Of a DNA stretch of 64,000 nucleotides, positions 31,042-39,964 are shown piece after piece. Positions within the stretch are counted from its first letter, which is position 1. The number at the start of each line of letters is the position of its first letter. The position numbers and the translations under genes were made by a program. This stretch comes from Candidatus Latescibacterota bacterium (GTDB lineage: Bacteria; Latescibacterota; UBA2968; UBA8231). The notes beneath the pieces were generated by a model. The model had not been told where the DNA came from and made no database searches. It worked only from the letters and a program-made list of their open reading frames with translations. The stretch is from the NCBI GenBank assembly GCA_965208105.1, contig OZ242318.1, forward strand, positions 448,001 through 512,000. Direction: 5' to 3'.

Positions 31042-32022
31042 CTATTGCAGCAGGTCCTCAATGACCGCCTTTTCTTCCCGGAGCTCCCGGGTGGTGACCG
31101 CGATTTTTTCCCGGGCAAAGGTGCTCAATTCTATTCCCTGGACGATGGCGTATCCGCCCTGCCCATCGCTGCGCACCGGAAAGGAGAAAACCAGTCCCGG
31201 GTCGATTCCATAACTGCCGTCGGAAGGCACTGCGGCGGACACCCAGTCTCCTTCAGGTGTGGCATTCTCGAAGCCCCTGATATGGTCCACGGCCGCGTTG
31301 GCGGCCGAAGCAGCCGAAGAAAGCCCGCGGGCGGCAATGACGGCAGCACCGCGCTGCTGGACCGTCTCGATGAACTCATTCTGCAACCACGACACGTGGC
31401 CGATCACCTCCGGCACCGGCCTGCCCTTGATTCGGGCGTTTTCGGCATCGGGATACTGGGTGGCGCTGTGATTGCCCCAGATGGTCACATTGCTTACATC
31501 GGCCATCCGGACGCCCGCCTTCCGAGCCAGTTGGGCTGCGGCCCTGTTGTGGTCCAGCCTCGTCATCGCTTGGAAGCGCTCCCTTGGAATGACGCCCTGG
31601 CGCATGGCTATCAAGCAGTTGGTATTTGCCGGGTTGCCCACAACCAGGACCCGGACATCGCCCGCAGCACGTTGCAACGCCTTGCCCTGGCCGACGAAGA
31701 TGGGACCATTTTCTCGGATCAAGTCACCGCGTTCCATCCCCTTGCCCCGTGGTTTCGAACCGATCAGCAAGGCCCAGTTTACCCCATCGAAGGCCTTTCC
31801 GGGATCGTCCGTGATCACAACATCGTCAAGGAGGGGGAAGGCACAATCATCCAGCTCCATCACCACTCCCTCGAGGGCTTTCAAGGCGGGCGCAATTTCC
31901 AGCAGGTTAAGGGATACCCGCGTATCCGCGCCGAATACTTCTCCCGATGCCAGGCGGGGCAGAATGGCATAACCGATCTGACCGGCCGCTCCAGTTACAG
32001 ATACTCTCACTTTTTGCGCCAT
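31042..32022 (-). CDS. mdh: Malate dehydrogenase (MDH type 2)
   Basis: [35 protein letters not shown] and WGNHS. Confidence 0.98.
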   Translation of the reverse strand: MAQKVRVSVTGAAGQIGYAILPRLASGEVFGADTRVSLNLLEIAPALKALEGVVMELDDCAFPLLDDVVITDDPGKAFDGVNWALLIGSKPRGKGMERGDLIRENGPIFVGQGKALQRAAGDVRVLVVGNPANTNCLIAMRQGVIPRERFQAMTRLDHNRAAAQLARKAGVRMADVSNVTIWGNHSATQYPDAENARIKGRPVPEVIGHVSWLQNEFIETVQQRGAAVIAARGLSSAASAANAAVDHIRGFENATPEGDWVSAAVPSDGSYGIDPGLVFSFPVRSDGQGGYAIVQGIELSTFAREKIAVTTRELREEKAVIEDLLQ

Positions 32023-32192
32023 GGCCGAATGATTCCTCTCCTCTGAAATTTTTCTTCAACAATGGGGAAATGTGCGCAGTGAATGGGTCCCCTGCAACCT
32101 CGGAAGGAGCGCCCGTGAGGTCAATCCAGTCGGCATCACCTGCCCCGCTGTTGACAGCATGGGTCCCAACCCTATTTTTTCGGTTTTGTGGA

Positions 32193-32278
32193 GGGGGGAT
32201 ACCAAAGTGGTCAACCGGGGTAGACTGTAAATCTACTGGCTCATGCCTTCGCAGGTTCGAATCCTGCTCCCCCCACCA
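32193..32278 (+). tRNA. tRNA-Tyr(GTA)
   Basis: gtagactGTAaatctac anticodon arm, variable arm, GGTTCGAATCC, CCA. Confidence 0.97.
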
Positions 32279-33478
32279 TCAACTGCTCTTCCCGGCGCCG
32301 CCCGGGTTCCACACCTGCTTGATTTCCTCGATCTTTTCCGGGTTCTGTCCTCTCACCCTGCCCAGGGACTCAAAGGCGAAAGCCAGCGCCACACTCACCA
32401 CCAAAGCGACGGCGGAGGCAACGAGGACCAGCACCGTTCTCCTGGGCGCACTGCGGGTTTCCGGCGGGGTGGCCGCGTCCAGCACCTGTATGGTGGGAGT
32501 ATCCAGCGCCTCCCTGTACTTGGCTTCTTCAAACCGGGTGCCCAAATAGCTGATAATCTGTTCCTTGATCTTTATGTCCAGGCTCAGCCTCGCATACTCG
32601 AAACCCAACTCGGGCAAATCCTTCAGTGAAGGTCCCAAAGACCTGAGGGCAGTCTCAGCCGCCTTTCCGGCGCGGTCCTGAAAATCCCCGTGCAGGGCCT
32701 GAAGCTGGCGGCGCAACTCCTCGACCTCGAGCCGAAGAAGCCTGCGGTTTTCGTGCTCGGGACTCAGTTGCCGGCTTGCAACCCCGAGCTTCACCTCCAA
32801 CAGGGCGAGTTCCAGCACAATGCTGCTGGCGACGTCCACCGCTGCCGCGGTCTGGTCTTCCAGGTCAATCAGCCCATAGGTCTCCTGGAATCGCTGCATG
32901 GCCCGGCCGCTTTCCTGGAACTCCAGTTCCAGATCCTGCAGCCGCTCCTGCAGGAACTGGCGCAGGGCGCGGGCCTGCTGGCTCTTGCGCTCGCGATTGA
33001 CCAGATCAAGTTCGCCGGCCAGACCGTTGGCCAGCTCCGCAGCCAGGGAGGGGCTGGAGGCCGTGACGGCAATGACCAGGGTTCCGTCAGTACGGAGATC
33101 TTCTTCCACCTGCTGCTCCAACAGGTCCATGGCCCTGTCGCGGCTCCCCGCCTCGAATTCCTGAACCAGGCCGAAGCGATCAACAACGGCTCCGAGAACC
33201 CGCTTGCTATTGAGTATGGTGACGAGTTGCTCTGAAGAGACCTCACCGACCAGCCCCGCGAGATTTCCGGGGACGGCTACGGACAGCAAGGTGGAGGCGG
33301 CGAAAGGGCTGGAGGATTTTTCTGGCGGCAGCAGGGTTGTGGATGCGGTCCAGGCCTTGGGCAGGACCAGGCTGATGCCGGCAGCGGCAAACGAAACGGC
33401 CAGCACGGCGAGAACGATCATCCGCCTCCACTTCACCAGCACGTAGAGGTAGTCCAGAAGGTTGCCTTCCTCTTTCAT
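32279..33478 (-). CDS. Polysaccharide co-polymerase / chain-length determinant (Wzz/GumC-like)
   Basis: NLLDYL..LVKWRR plus TM, coiled-coil periplasmic region, IQVLDAATPPE.RSAPRR plus TM. Confidence 0.88.
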   Translation of the reverse strand: MKEEGNLLDYLYVLVKWRRMIVLAVLAVSFAAAGISLVLPKAWTASTTLLPPEKSSSPFAASTLLSVAVPGNLAGLVGEVSSEQLVTILNSKRVLGAVVDRFGLVQEFEAGSRDRAMDLLEQQVEEDLRTDGTLVIAVTASSPSLAAELANGLAGELDLVNRERKSQQARALRQFLQERLQDLELEFQESGRAMQRFQETYGLIDLEDQTAAAVDVASSIVLELALLEVKLGVASRQLSPEHENRRLLRLEVEELRRQLQALHGDFQDRAGKAAETALRSLGPSLKDLPELGFEYARLSLDIKIKEQIISYLGTRFEEAKYREALDTPTIQVLDAATPPETRSAPRRTVLVLVASAVALVVSVALAFAFESLGRVRGQNPEKIEEIKQVWNPGGAGKSS

Positions 33479-33486
33479 ATCTTTCA

Positions 33487-35157
33487 TTACCGGGCAATGG
33501 TCACGGCGAGCAGAACGACCGTGGAAACCTGACCGATCACTTCCATGGCCTGGGTAAAGATAGCCCAATAATCGCGCACGGGCTCCTCCTTGATCCAGAT
33601 TCTATCCCCCGGCTCGATCCGCTCGACATCCCTGGCGCGCTTGATCTCTCCGCTGAGCCCCTTGATGACGAGCACGTCTTTCGAAGCCCTCCAGCCGAAG
33701 CCGCCTGCACGTTCGAGGTAGTCCCAGACCGTATACTTTGGATTGTAGAGGACGGCCCCGGGAGAAGCGGCCTGGCCGCTTACCATGATAGTCTGCTGCA
33801 GGGTGGGGACCACGATTAAATCTCCCGGGATCAGGAGGATGTCCTGCAGGTCGTCTCCGCGCTCGAAAAGGGCGACGAAATCCACAACCATCTGTCCAGG
33901 GCGTTCGCGGCTCTTCATGATGTAGTACTGGTTTTCCAGATCGGTGCGGTCGGGCACCGGAATAGAGCTGATGCGCTCGGCCTCGGGATCCACCACCTTT
34001 TCGCCCTCTTGCGGGTAGCGCACCACCACGGCCTCGGACAGCGATGCCTCGTCTGTAAACCCGCCCGCCTGGGAAATGATATTGCGCAGGGTAGTGTGGC
34101 CCTTTTGGATTACGTAAACACCAGGGTGCGTCACTTCCCCTTCGATGGTGACCGTGCTTCGCGGATGAAAGTCGGAAGTCTCGCGGAATACCAGCCAATC
34201 CCCTGAATGCAGGGAAAGGTCTGCCCCGGTCTCGCCCTTAAGCAGGCCCTTCACGTCCACCTGGAGGGCGTATCTTTCCTTGCCATCCTTTCCGTAGCGA
34301 AACAACATCACATTTTTTTCATTGTAATTGGGCGCAGGTCCCAAGGCCAGAATGAGAAGATCGCTGAGGCGATCGCCCTCGACGAACTCGTAGAACCCCG
34401 ATCGCTGCACTGCACCCTCCGCCCTGATCCTTCCCTGCTGTGCCGGAACGAAGATGATGTCCCCGTCCTCGACGAAGGGATTGTAGCGGGAATCTCCCGT
34501 GGTCTGGTACAACTCCAGGTCCACCCTTATCGCTTCCAATCCTTTCAGCTCCAGGAAATTGCCGCCCTCGGCCAGCATCCTCACCCGCGCCATCTCCCGT
34601 GGACCCAGTGTCCCGGTCCTGAACAGACGAATGTTGCGGCTGGAACCCCGGGTGAATTCCTCCTCATCCAGACCTCCCCGCTTCTGCACCACGGTGCTGA
34701 TCCGCTCCACCCCGGTGGCCACCGCTATTCCCGGATCCTCCACTTGGCCCACAACAGGCACCGGGAACTCCCTGGGCTTCTTCAATTCAACCGTCAGTTC
34801 ACCTACTTTAACCGTGCGCCTGAAGGCGGATTCGATGGCTCTGTGGGCCTCGCCCAGACGCAGGCCGCCAACCTTGACCGCCCCGACCTGGGGGATGAAG
34901 AGGCCTCCTTCGGCCAGGACTTCCCCGAAGAACGGCTTGTCCATTCCGGTAACGAAGACCAGAAACTCGTCCCCCGGTCCCACGAGGTAGCGGCCGCTGG
35001 CCAAAACTTCTCTGAACGCCTCCATCCCGATTATTCCGGAAGGGACCTCGATATCCGGCTTCTTTTCGACCTCCCGGGTGGCGGGGGACCTGATCTCCTG
35101 GGCGCCCAACTGCCAGGGAATCAACAGCAAAACGGTGGACCACCTAATTAGTTTCAT
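33487..35157 (-). CDS. Polysaccharide export protein with multiple SLBB domains (Wza/KpsD-like)
   Basis: Signal peptide, YLVGPGD, repeated V.G.V..PG.Y SLBB motifs. Confidence 0.88.
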   Translation of the reverse strand: MKLIRWSTVLLLIPWQLGAQEIRSPATREVEKKPDIEVPSGIIGMEAFREVLASGRYLVGPGDEFLVFVTGMDKPFFGEVLAEGGLFIPQVGAVKVGGLRLGEAHRAIESAFRRTVKVGELTVELKKPREFPVPVVGQVEDPGIAVATGVERISTVVQKRGGLDEEEFTRGSSRNIRLFRTGTLGPREMARVRMLAEGGNFLELKGLEAIRVDLELYQTTGDSRYNPFVEDGDIIFVPAQQGRIRAEGAVQRSGFYEFVEGDRLSDLLILALGPAPNYNEKNVMLFRYGKDGKERYALQVDVKGLLKGETGADLSLHSGDWLVFRETSDFHPRSTVTIEGEVTHPGVYVIQKGHTTLRNIISQAGGFTDEASLSEAVVVRYPQEGEKVVDPEAERISSIPVPDRTDLENQYYIMKSRERPGQMVVDFVALFERGDDLQDILLIPGDLIVVPTLQQTIMVSGQAASPGAVLYNPKYTVWDYLERAGGFGWRASKDVLVIKGLSGEIKRARDVERIEPGDRIWIKEEPVRDYWAIFTQAMEVIGQVSTVVLLAVTIAR

Positions 35158-36082
35158 CGCCATCTTTCTCCCTGGCAATTTCCACCTCCAGGCCCGAACG
35201 ATCCAGCGGCAGGACCAGGCTCCGAGAATTGATGCCCCTTCTGCTCCATGCCTCCTCCATTGCGGCTCCGGCGCCACGGTCTTCCCCGTCGACGAAGGCC
35301 AGGACCGCCGGGCCGGCGCCGCTGAGAGCAGCCCCCAAGGCACCTGCACCCAGGGCCGCGCGACACACGTCTTCCAGCCCGGGAACCAGCCCGGACCTGT
35401 AGGGCTGGTGCAGGCGGTCGACCATGGCTGATCGCAGCAGCTCGAGCCGGTTGCGGGCCAGGGCGGCGGTCAGCAGGGCAACTCGCCCCTGATTCGCAAC
35501 GGCATCCTGGAAGGTCACTTTCCGGGGCAATACTGCCCTGGCCTGCTGCGTCGGCAGAGAAAAATCGGGCAGCGCAACTACCGCCCGCAACCGGGAGGGA
35601 GGATCCAGGCGCAGGTACTCCATCTCTTCTCCGCTTCCCGAAGTTACGGTGAATCCACCCAGCATACAGGGGGCCACGTTGTCCGCATGTCCTTCCTCCT
35701 CACTCCCCAATTTCAGCAGGCTCCCCTCATCCAATTCCCGGCCGCATAACAGCATGCCCGCCACCAATCCGCTCATGGTCGCCGCGGCACTGCTCCCCAG
35801 CCCGCAGGCGAGGGGAATCTCGTTATGAGATTCCAGGAGCAACCCGGAGGGGCGAAATCCCGAGGCCTTGAAAACCCGCTCCATCGCCTGGTAAATCCTG
35901 TTGCTTTCATCCAGGGGGACCCGGCCTGTCCCCTCCCCGGAAAAGCGGATCTCCAACCCTCTTTCCGGGCGTTCGCACACTTCAAGCCGCTGATAAAGCG
36001 ACAGACCCAGCCCCAGGCAATCGAACCCCGGTCCCAGATTGGCGGAAGATGCCGGGGCTCTAATGCGAAATTGTTTCGCCAT
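35144..36082 (-). CDS. thrB: Homoserine kinase
   Basis: PASSANLGPGFD, IPLACGLGSS, HADNV, LHQPYR and SGAGP. Confidence 0.97.
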   Translation of the reverse strand: MAKQFRIRAPASSANLGPGFDCLGLGLSLYQRLEVCERPERGLEIRFSGEGTGRVPLDESNRIYQAMERVFKASGFRPSGLLLESHNEIPLACGLGSSAAATMSGLVAGMLLCGRELDEGSLLKLGSEEEGHADNVAPCMLGGFTVTSGSGEEMEYLRLDPPSRLRAVVALPDFSLPTQQARAVLPRKVTFQDAVANQGRVALLTAALARNRLELLRSAMVDRLHQPYRSGLVPGLEDVCRAALGAGALGAALSGAGPAVLAFVDGEDRGAGAAMEEAWSRRGINSRSLVLPLDRSGLEVEIAREKDGDETN

Positions 36083-37223
36083 GAGCCATGGTCTTTTCAA
36101 GGAGGTCCACCAGTTCCAACCCCAGCGCGTCGGCCAGGGGGAAACCTCTCCTGGTAAGGCGCAGGACGCCGGCGTCCATTTCCAGGTAGCCGGCCTTCAG
36201 CAAATCAGCAAACCTGGTCTGTCCTTCAAGTGCCGCTTCCTGCCCGGCCTGGACCGAAACTCCTGCATCCGTGCGCAAGCCCATCCAGATGCGCTCCCGC
36301 GCGGCCGTTTCCGCACCGATCTCCTCCTGTCCATGCCGCGCCGGCCCCCCGGACTCGACGGCCTCCAGGTAACTGGGGAGGTCGCGGTGGTTCCAGCTTC
36401 TGAAGGAGCCCACGAAGCTGTGAGCTGACATCCCCACGCCGAGGTACTCCCCTCCGGTCCAGTATCCCCAATTGTGCCGTGAGCGCCGGCCAGGACGGGC
36501 GAAGTTCGATATCTCGTAGTGTTCGTAACCGCAGCCGGTCAGCCGTTCCATGGTCCATTCATAGGCCCGAGCGTCATCATCTTCCTCCACTGGCTGGAGG
36601 CGTCCACGGCGCCTGAGCTCGGCAAATGGAGTATCCGGCTCGATCGCAAGGGCATATGTGGATATGTGCTCGGGGCCCAAGCCCACCGCCTTGTCGAGGC
36701 TGTCTCGCCAGAGGCGCAAGGAGCTCCCGGGAGTGCTGAAAATCAGGTCGAGGCTGACATTGTCGAACCCGGCCTCGCGCGCCGCCCAATACGCCCGCTC
36801 GGCGTCGGCTCCACTGTGGGAGCGTCCCAGCCGTTTGAGGGTCTCGTCCGCGAAGGACTGTACGCCCAGGCTCATGCGGTTGACCCCGATCCGCCTGAAT
36901 CCCCTGAACCTGGCGCAATCAGCGGTGTCCGGGTTGGCCTCGATGGTGATCTCCGCGGTGGGTGCGAGATCCAGGACCCGTGCCGCAGTGTTGAGAATTC
37001 TCCCCAGCTGTTCCGGCTCCAGGATGCTGGGGGTGCCTCCACCGAAAAACACGGTCATCAGGGGACCGCGGTCTCCCAGGTTGCCATTGCATTCGATCTC
37101 CTTGCACACCGCATCCACGTAGCGCTGGTAGTATTCCTTCCTTCCCGTCAGCACGGCGAAAGCGCAGTAGGGACAGCGCCGGGAGCAAAACGGGATGTGC
37201 ACGTAGAGACCCCAGGCTCTCAT
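36060..37223 (-). CDS. hemW: Radical SAM heme chaperone
   Basis: LYVHIPFCSRRCPYC, GGGTPS and YEISNFA; located in the lepA operon. Confidence 0.93.
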   Translation of the reverse strand: MRAWGLYVHIPFCSRRCPYCAFAVLTGRKEYYQRYVDAVCKEIECNGNLGDRGPLMTVFFGGGTPSILEPEQLGRILNTAARVLDLAPTAEITIEANPDTADCARFRGFRRIGVNRMSLGVQSFADETLKRLGRSHSGADAERAYWAAREAGFDNVSLDLIFSTPGSSLRLWRDSLDKAVGLGPEHISTYALAIEPDTPFAELRRRGRLQPVEEDDDARAYEWTMERLTGCGYEHYEISNFARPGRRSRHNWGYWTGGEYLGVGMSAHSFVGSFRSWNHRDLPSYLEAVESGGPARHGQEEIGAETAARERIWMGLRTDAGVSVQAGQEAALEGQTRFADLLKAGYLEMDAGVLRLTRRGFPLADALGLELVDLLEKTMAHGETISH

Positions 37224-37909
37224 CGGACGACTCTTCCCAGGCGCTTCCAACGAATCCCCTGGAAGAGGGCTGCCACGGCGCTGCGGCCTCTGCCGTAGTC
37301 CGGCTCGCAGGACCAGAAGATCCGAAGGGGAGAGCCGAGGATCAGGTCCACCGGCAGCATGCCCCAGTGGCGGCTGTCCCGGCTGTTGTCGCGGTTGTCC
37401 CCCAGAACGAAGACGGATTTCACCGGAACCTTCTCAGGCCCGAAATTGTCGCGCGGGTCTGCCGCAGCCGGAATGATGCGGGCGTCCACGTACTTTGAAA
37501 AGGGAGGATCCGGCAGGCGCTCGCCGTCCACATAGACCACCTTGTTGCGTATCTCCACTGTCTGCCCGGCGGTTGCAATACAGCGTTTGGCATAGGTGCG
37601 CCGTGGGTCGAGGGGATAATTGAAAACAAGGATATCCCCTGGTGCGGGATTCTTCAAACCGGGGAAATGAATCCTGGAAAAGGGACTGCTAGAGCCGTAG
37701 CTGAATTTGTCGATCAGCAAATAATCACCCGCAAGCAGGGTGTTTTCCATGGACCTGGAGGGGACGCGAAAGGTCTGAATGAAAAAAGTGTGCAGCAGAA
37801 TGGCCATCCCCGCGACCGCAATCAGGAGAATGCTCCGGCGCCCTCTCGAGGACCGGCCTTTCCTTTTTCCCGCTCTCCCCCGCCTCGAGGTGGAAACCCG
37901 CTTTCCCAT
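37220..37909 (-). CDS. lepB: Signal peptidase I
   Basis: PSRSMENTL, YAKR and GDNRDNSRDSR. Confidence 0.95.
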   Translation of the reverse strand: MGKRVSTSRRGRAGKRKGRSSRGRRSILLIAVAGMAILLHTFFIQTFRVPSRSMENTLLAGDYLLIDKFSYGSSSPFSRIHFPGLKNPAPGDILVFNYPLDPRRTYAKRCIATAGQTVEIRNKVVYVDGERLPDPPFSKYVDARIIPAAADPRDNFGPEKVPVKSVFVLGDNRDNSRDSRHWGMLPVDLILGSPLRIFWSCEPDYGRGRSAVAALFQGIRWKRLGRVVR

Positions 37910-37913
37910 ACTT

Positions 37914-39713
37914 TCAGTCGTCCATCTGCAAGGCTGCGAGGAAGGCTTCCTGGGGGATCTCCACTTTGCCGAACTGCTTCATGCGTTTCTTGCCCTCTTT
38001 CTGGCGCTCGAGCAGCTTGCGCTTGCGGGTCACGTCGCCACCGTAGCACTTGGCGGTGACGTTCTTGCGGAAGGGCCGTACCACCTCGCGCGATATAACC
38101 TTGCTGCCGACTGCCCCCTGGATGACTACCTCGAACATCTGGCGCGGGATGAGACTCTTCAACCTGGCGCACAATCGCCGCCCCCAGACCTGGGCCTTGT
38201 CGCGATGCACGATCGCCGACAGGGCATCGAGGGGCTCACCGTTGAGCAAGATATCCAGCCTGGCCAGGTGGCCGGCGCGCATTTCCTTGTGTTCGTAATC
38301 GAAGGAGGCGTAGCCACGGGTCGCCGACTTCAGGCGGTCGTAGAAATCGACCACGACTTCGGACAGGGGTATCTCGTAGTGAAGAATGGCCCTGTCGGAA
38401 TCGAGGTACTCGGTGTTGAGATAGACGCCGCGGCGGTCTCTGGCGATCTTCATGATCGCTCCTATGTAGTCGCTGGGGGAAAGGATCTGGACCGCCAGTA
38501 TGGGTTCGCGCACCTCAGCGATCTGTCCCAGTGGCGGCATCAGCGACGGGTTCTCGACGTTCGCCACCTCGCCGTCCTTCAGCAGCACCTCGTAGCGGAC
38601 GTTTGGCAAGGTTGTGATGATTTCGACCTGGTATTCCCTGTCCAGCCGCTCCTGGACGATCTCCATGTGCAGCAGCCCCAGAAAGCCGCAGCGGAAGCCG
38701 AAGCCCAGGGCAGGCGAGGTCTCCGGCTCGTAGGAGAACGCCGCATCGTTCAATTTGAGCCGCTCCAGGGCATCGCGCAGGTCTTCGTAATCCTCCGGAT
38801 TGACCGGGTAGATCCCGCTGAAGACCATGGCCTTGAGGGCCTGATACCCCGGCAGGGGTTCCAACTCAACGCCGCCGGCGGGGACCACGGTGTCGCCGAC
38901 CTGGGCCTCTGCCAGCACCCGGACTCCGGCGATCAGGTAGCCTACTTCACCGGTTTTCAACTCGGGAGTCTCGATCCGCTCCAGGCGCAGAATGCCCACC
39001 TCCTCCACCTCGTATTCCCTGCGGGTGGAGTGGAAGCGGATCTTCTGTCCCTTGGCAACCGCCCCATCCACGACCCGGATGAAACAAACAACGCCCCGGT
39101 ACTGGTCGTAGAGGGAGTCGAAAACCAGGGCCCTGAGTGGCTCTACTTCCTCCCCCGAAGGAGGCTCGATGCGGTCGACGATGGATTCGAGCAGCGCCTC
39201 GATGCCCACCCCGACTTTGGCGCTAATGTGCAGGATATCGCCCTCGTTGCCCCCGAGCAGATCCAGCACTTGCCGCTGGGAAGCTTCGACCTGGGCGCTG
39301 GGCATGTCGATCTTGTTGAGGACAGGAATGATGGTAAGATCGTTGCTCATGGCCAGGAGCACATTGCTCACGGTCTGCGCCTCGATCCCCTGGGTGGCAT
39401 CGACGACCAGCAAGGCTCCTTCACAGGCGGCCAGACTGCGCGAAACTTCATAGGAAAAATCCACATGCCCCGGGGTATCGATCAGGTTGAGCTCGTAAAC
39501 CTCGCCGTTTGGCGCCGCGTAGCTCATGCGGACGGCGTGGGCTTTTATGGTTATCCCGCGCTCTCGCTCCAGGTCCATGTTGTCGAGGACCTGCTCCTGC
39601 ATCTGCTTGCTGTTGAGGGTGCTGGTCTTTTCCAGAAGGCGATCGGCCAGGGTCGACTTGCCGTGGTCGATATGGGCGATAATGCAGAAATTGCGGATAT
39701 GCGATACGCTCAT
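37914..39713 (-). CDS. lepA: Elongation factor 4
   Basis: IIAHIDHGKSTLADR, DTPGHVDF, GFRCGFLG and KCYGGD. Confidence 0.99.
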   Translation of the reverse strand: MSVSHIRNFCIIAHIDHGKSTLADRLLEKTSTLNSKQMQEQVLDNMDLERERGITIKAHAVRMSYAAPNGEVYELNLIDTPGHVDFSYEVSRSLAACEGALLVVDATQGIEAQTVSNVLLAMSNDLTIIPVLNKIDMPSAQVEASQRQVLDLLGGNEGDILHISAKVGVGIEALLESIVDRIEPPSGEEVEPLRALVFDSLYDQYRGVVCFIRVVDGAVAKGQKIRFHSTRREYEVEEVGILRLERIETPELKTGEVGYLIAGVRVLAEAQVGDTVVPAGGVELEPLPGYQALKAMVFSGIYPVNPEDYEDLRDALERLKLNDAAFSYEPETSPALGFGFRCGFLGLLHMEIVQERLDREYQVEIITTLPNVRYEVLLKDGEVANVENPSLMPPLGQIAEVREPILAVQILSPSDYIGAIMKIARDRRGVYLNTEYLDSDRAILHYEIPLSEVVVDFYDRLKSATRGYASFDYEHKEMRAGHLARLDILLNGEPLDALSAIVHRDKAQVWGRRLCARLKSLIPRQMFEVVIQGAVGSKVISREVVRPFRKNVTAKCYGGDVTRKRKLLERQKEGKKRMKQFGKVEIPQEAFLAALQMDD

Positions 39714-39964
39714 GAGGTCAGAAGCGGAAGGAGAATGCCGAACGCATTGTTATCATTGAGGTAGGGTCTAAAGTACGGCTGTCCATAATTTGTGTCAAAC
39801 CAGAATCAGGCGCCGTTCCTCCACCCGATCTGATACACCTGGCCGAATTATTTCCGCCAGGCCAAAATTTTTTAAGTTTTGGTTGTACCCGGGAGTTATA
39901 TTTAGCCAGAACCTGACCGAGAATTTCGACTCGTCCTAAACGGAAGGATCTTCAAGGAAACGCG

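Noticed and set aside
37779-39764. 661-aa plus-strand ORF
   Set aside because: Antisense shadow of lepA, typical of GC-rich codon bias; no motifs.
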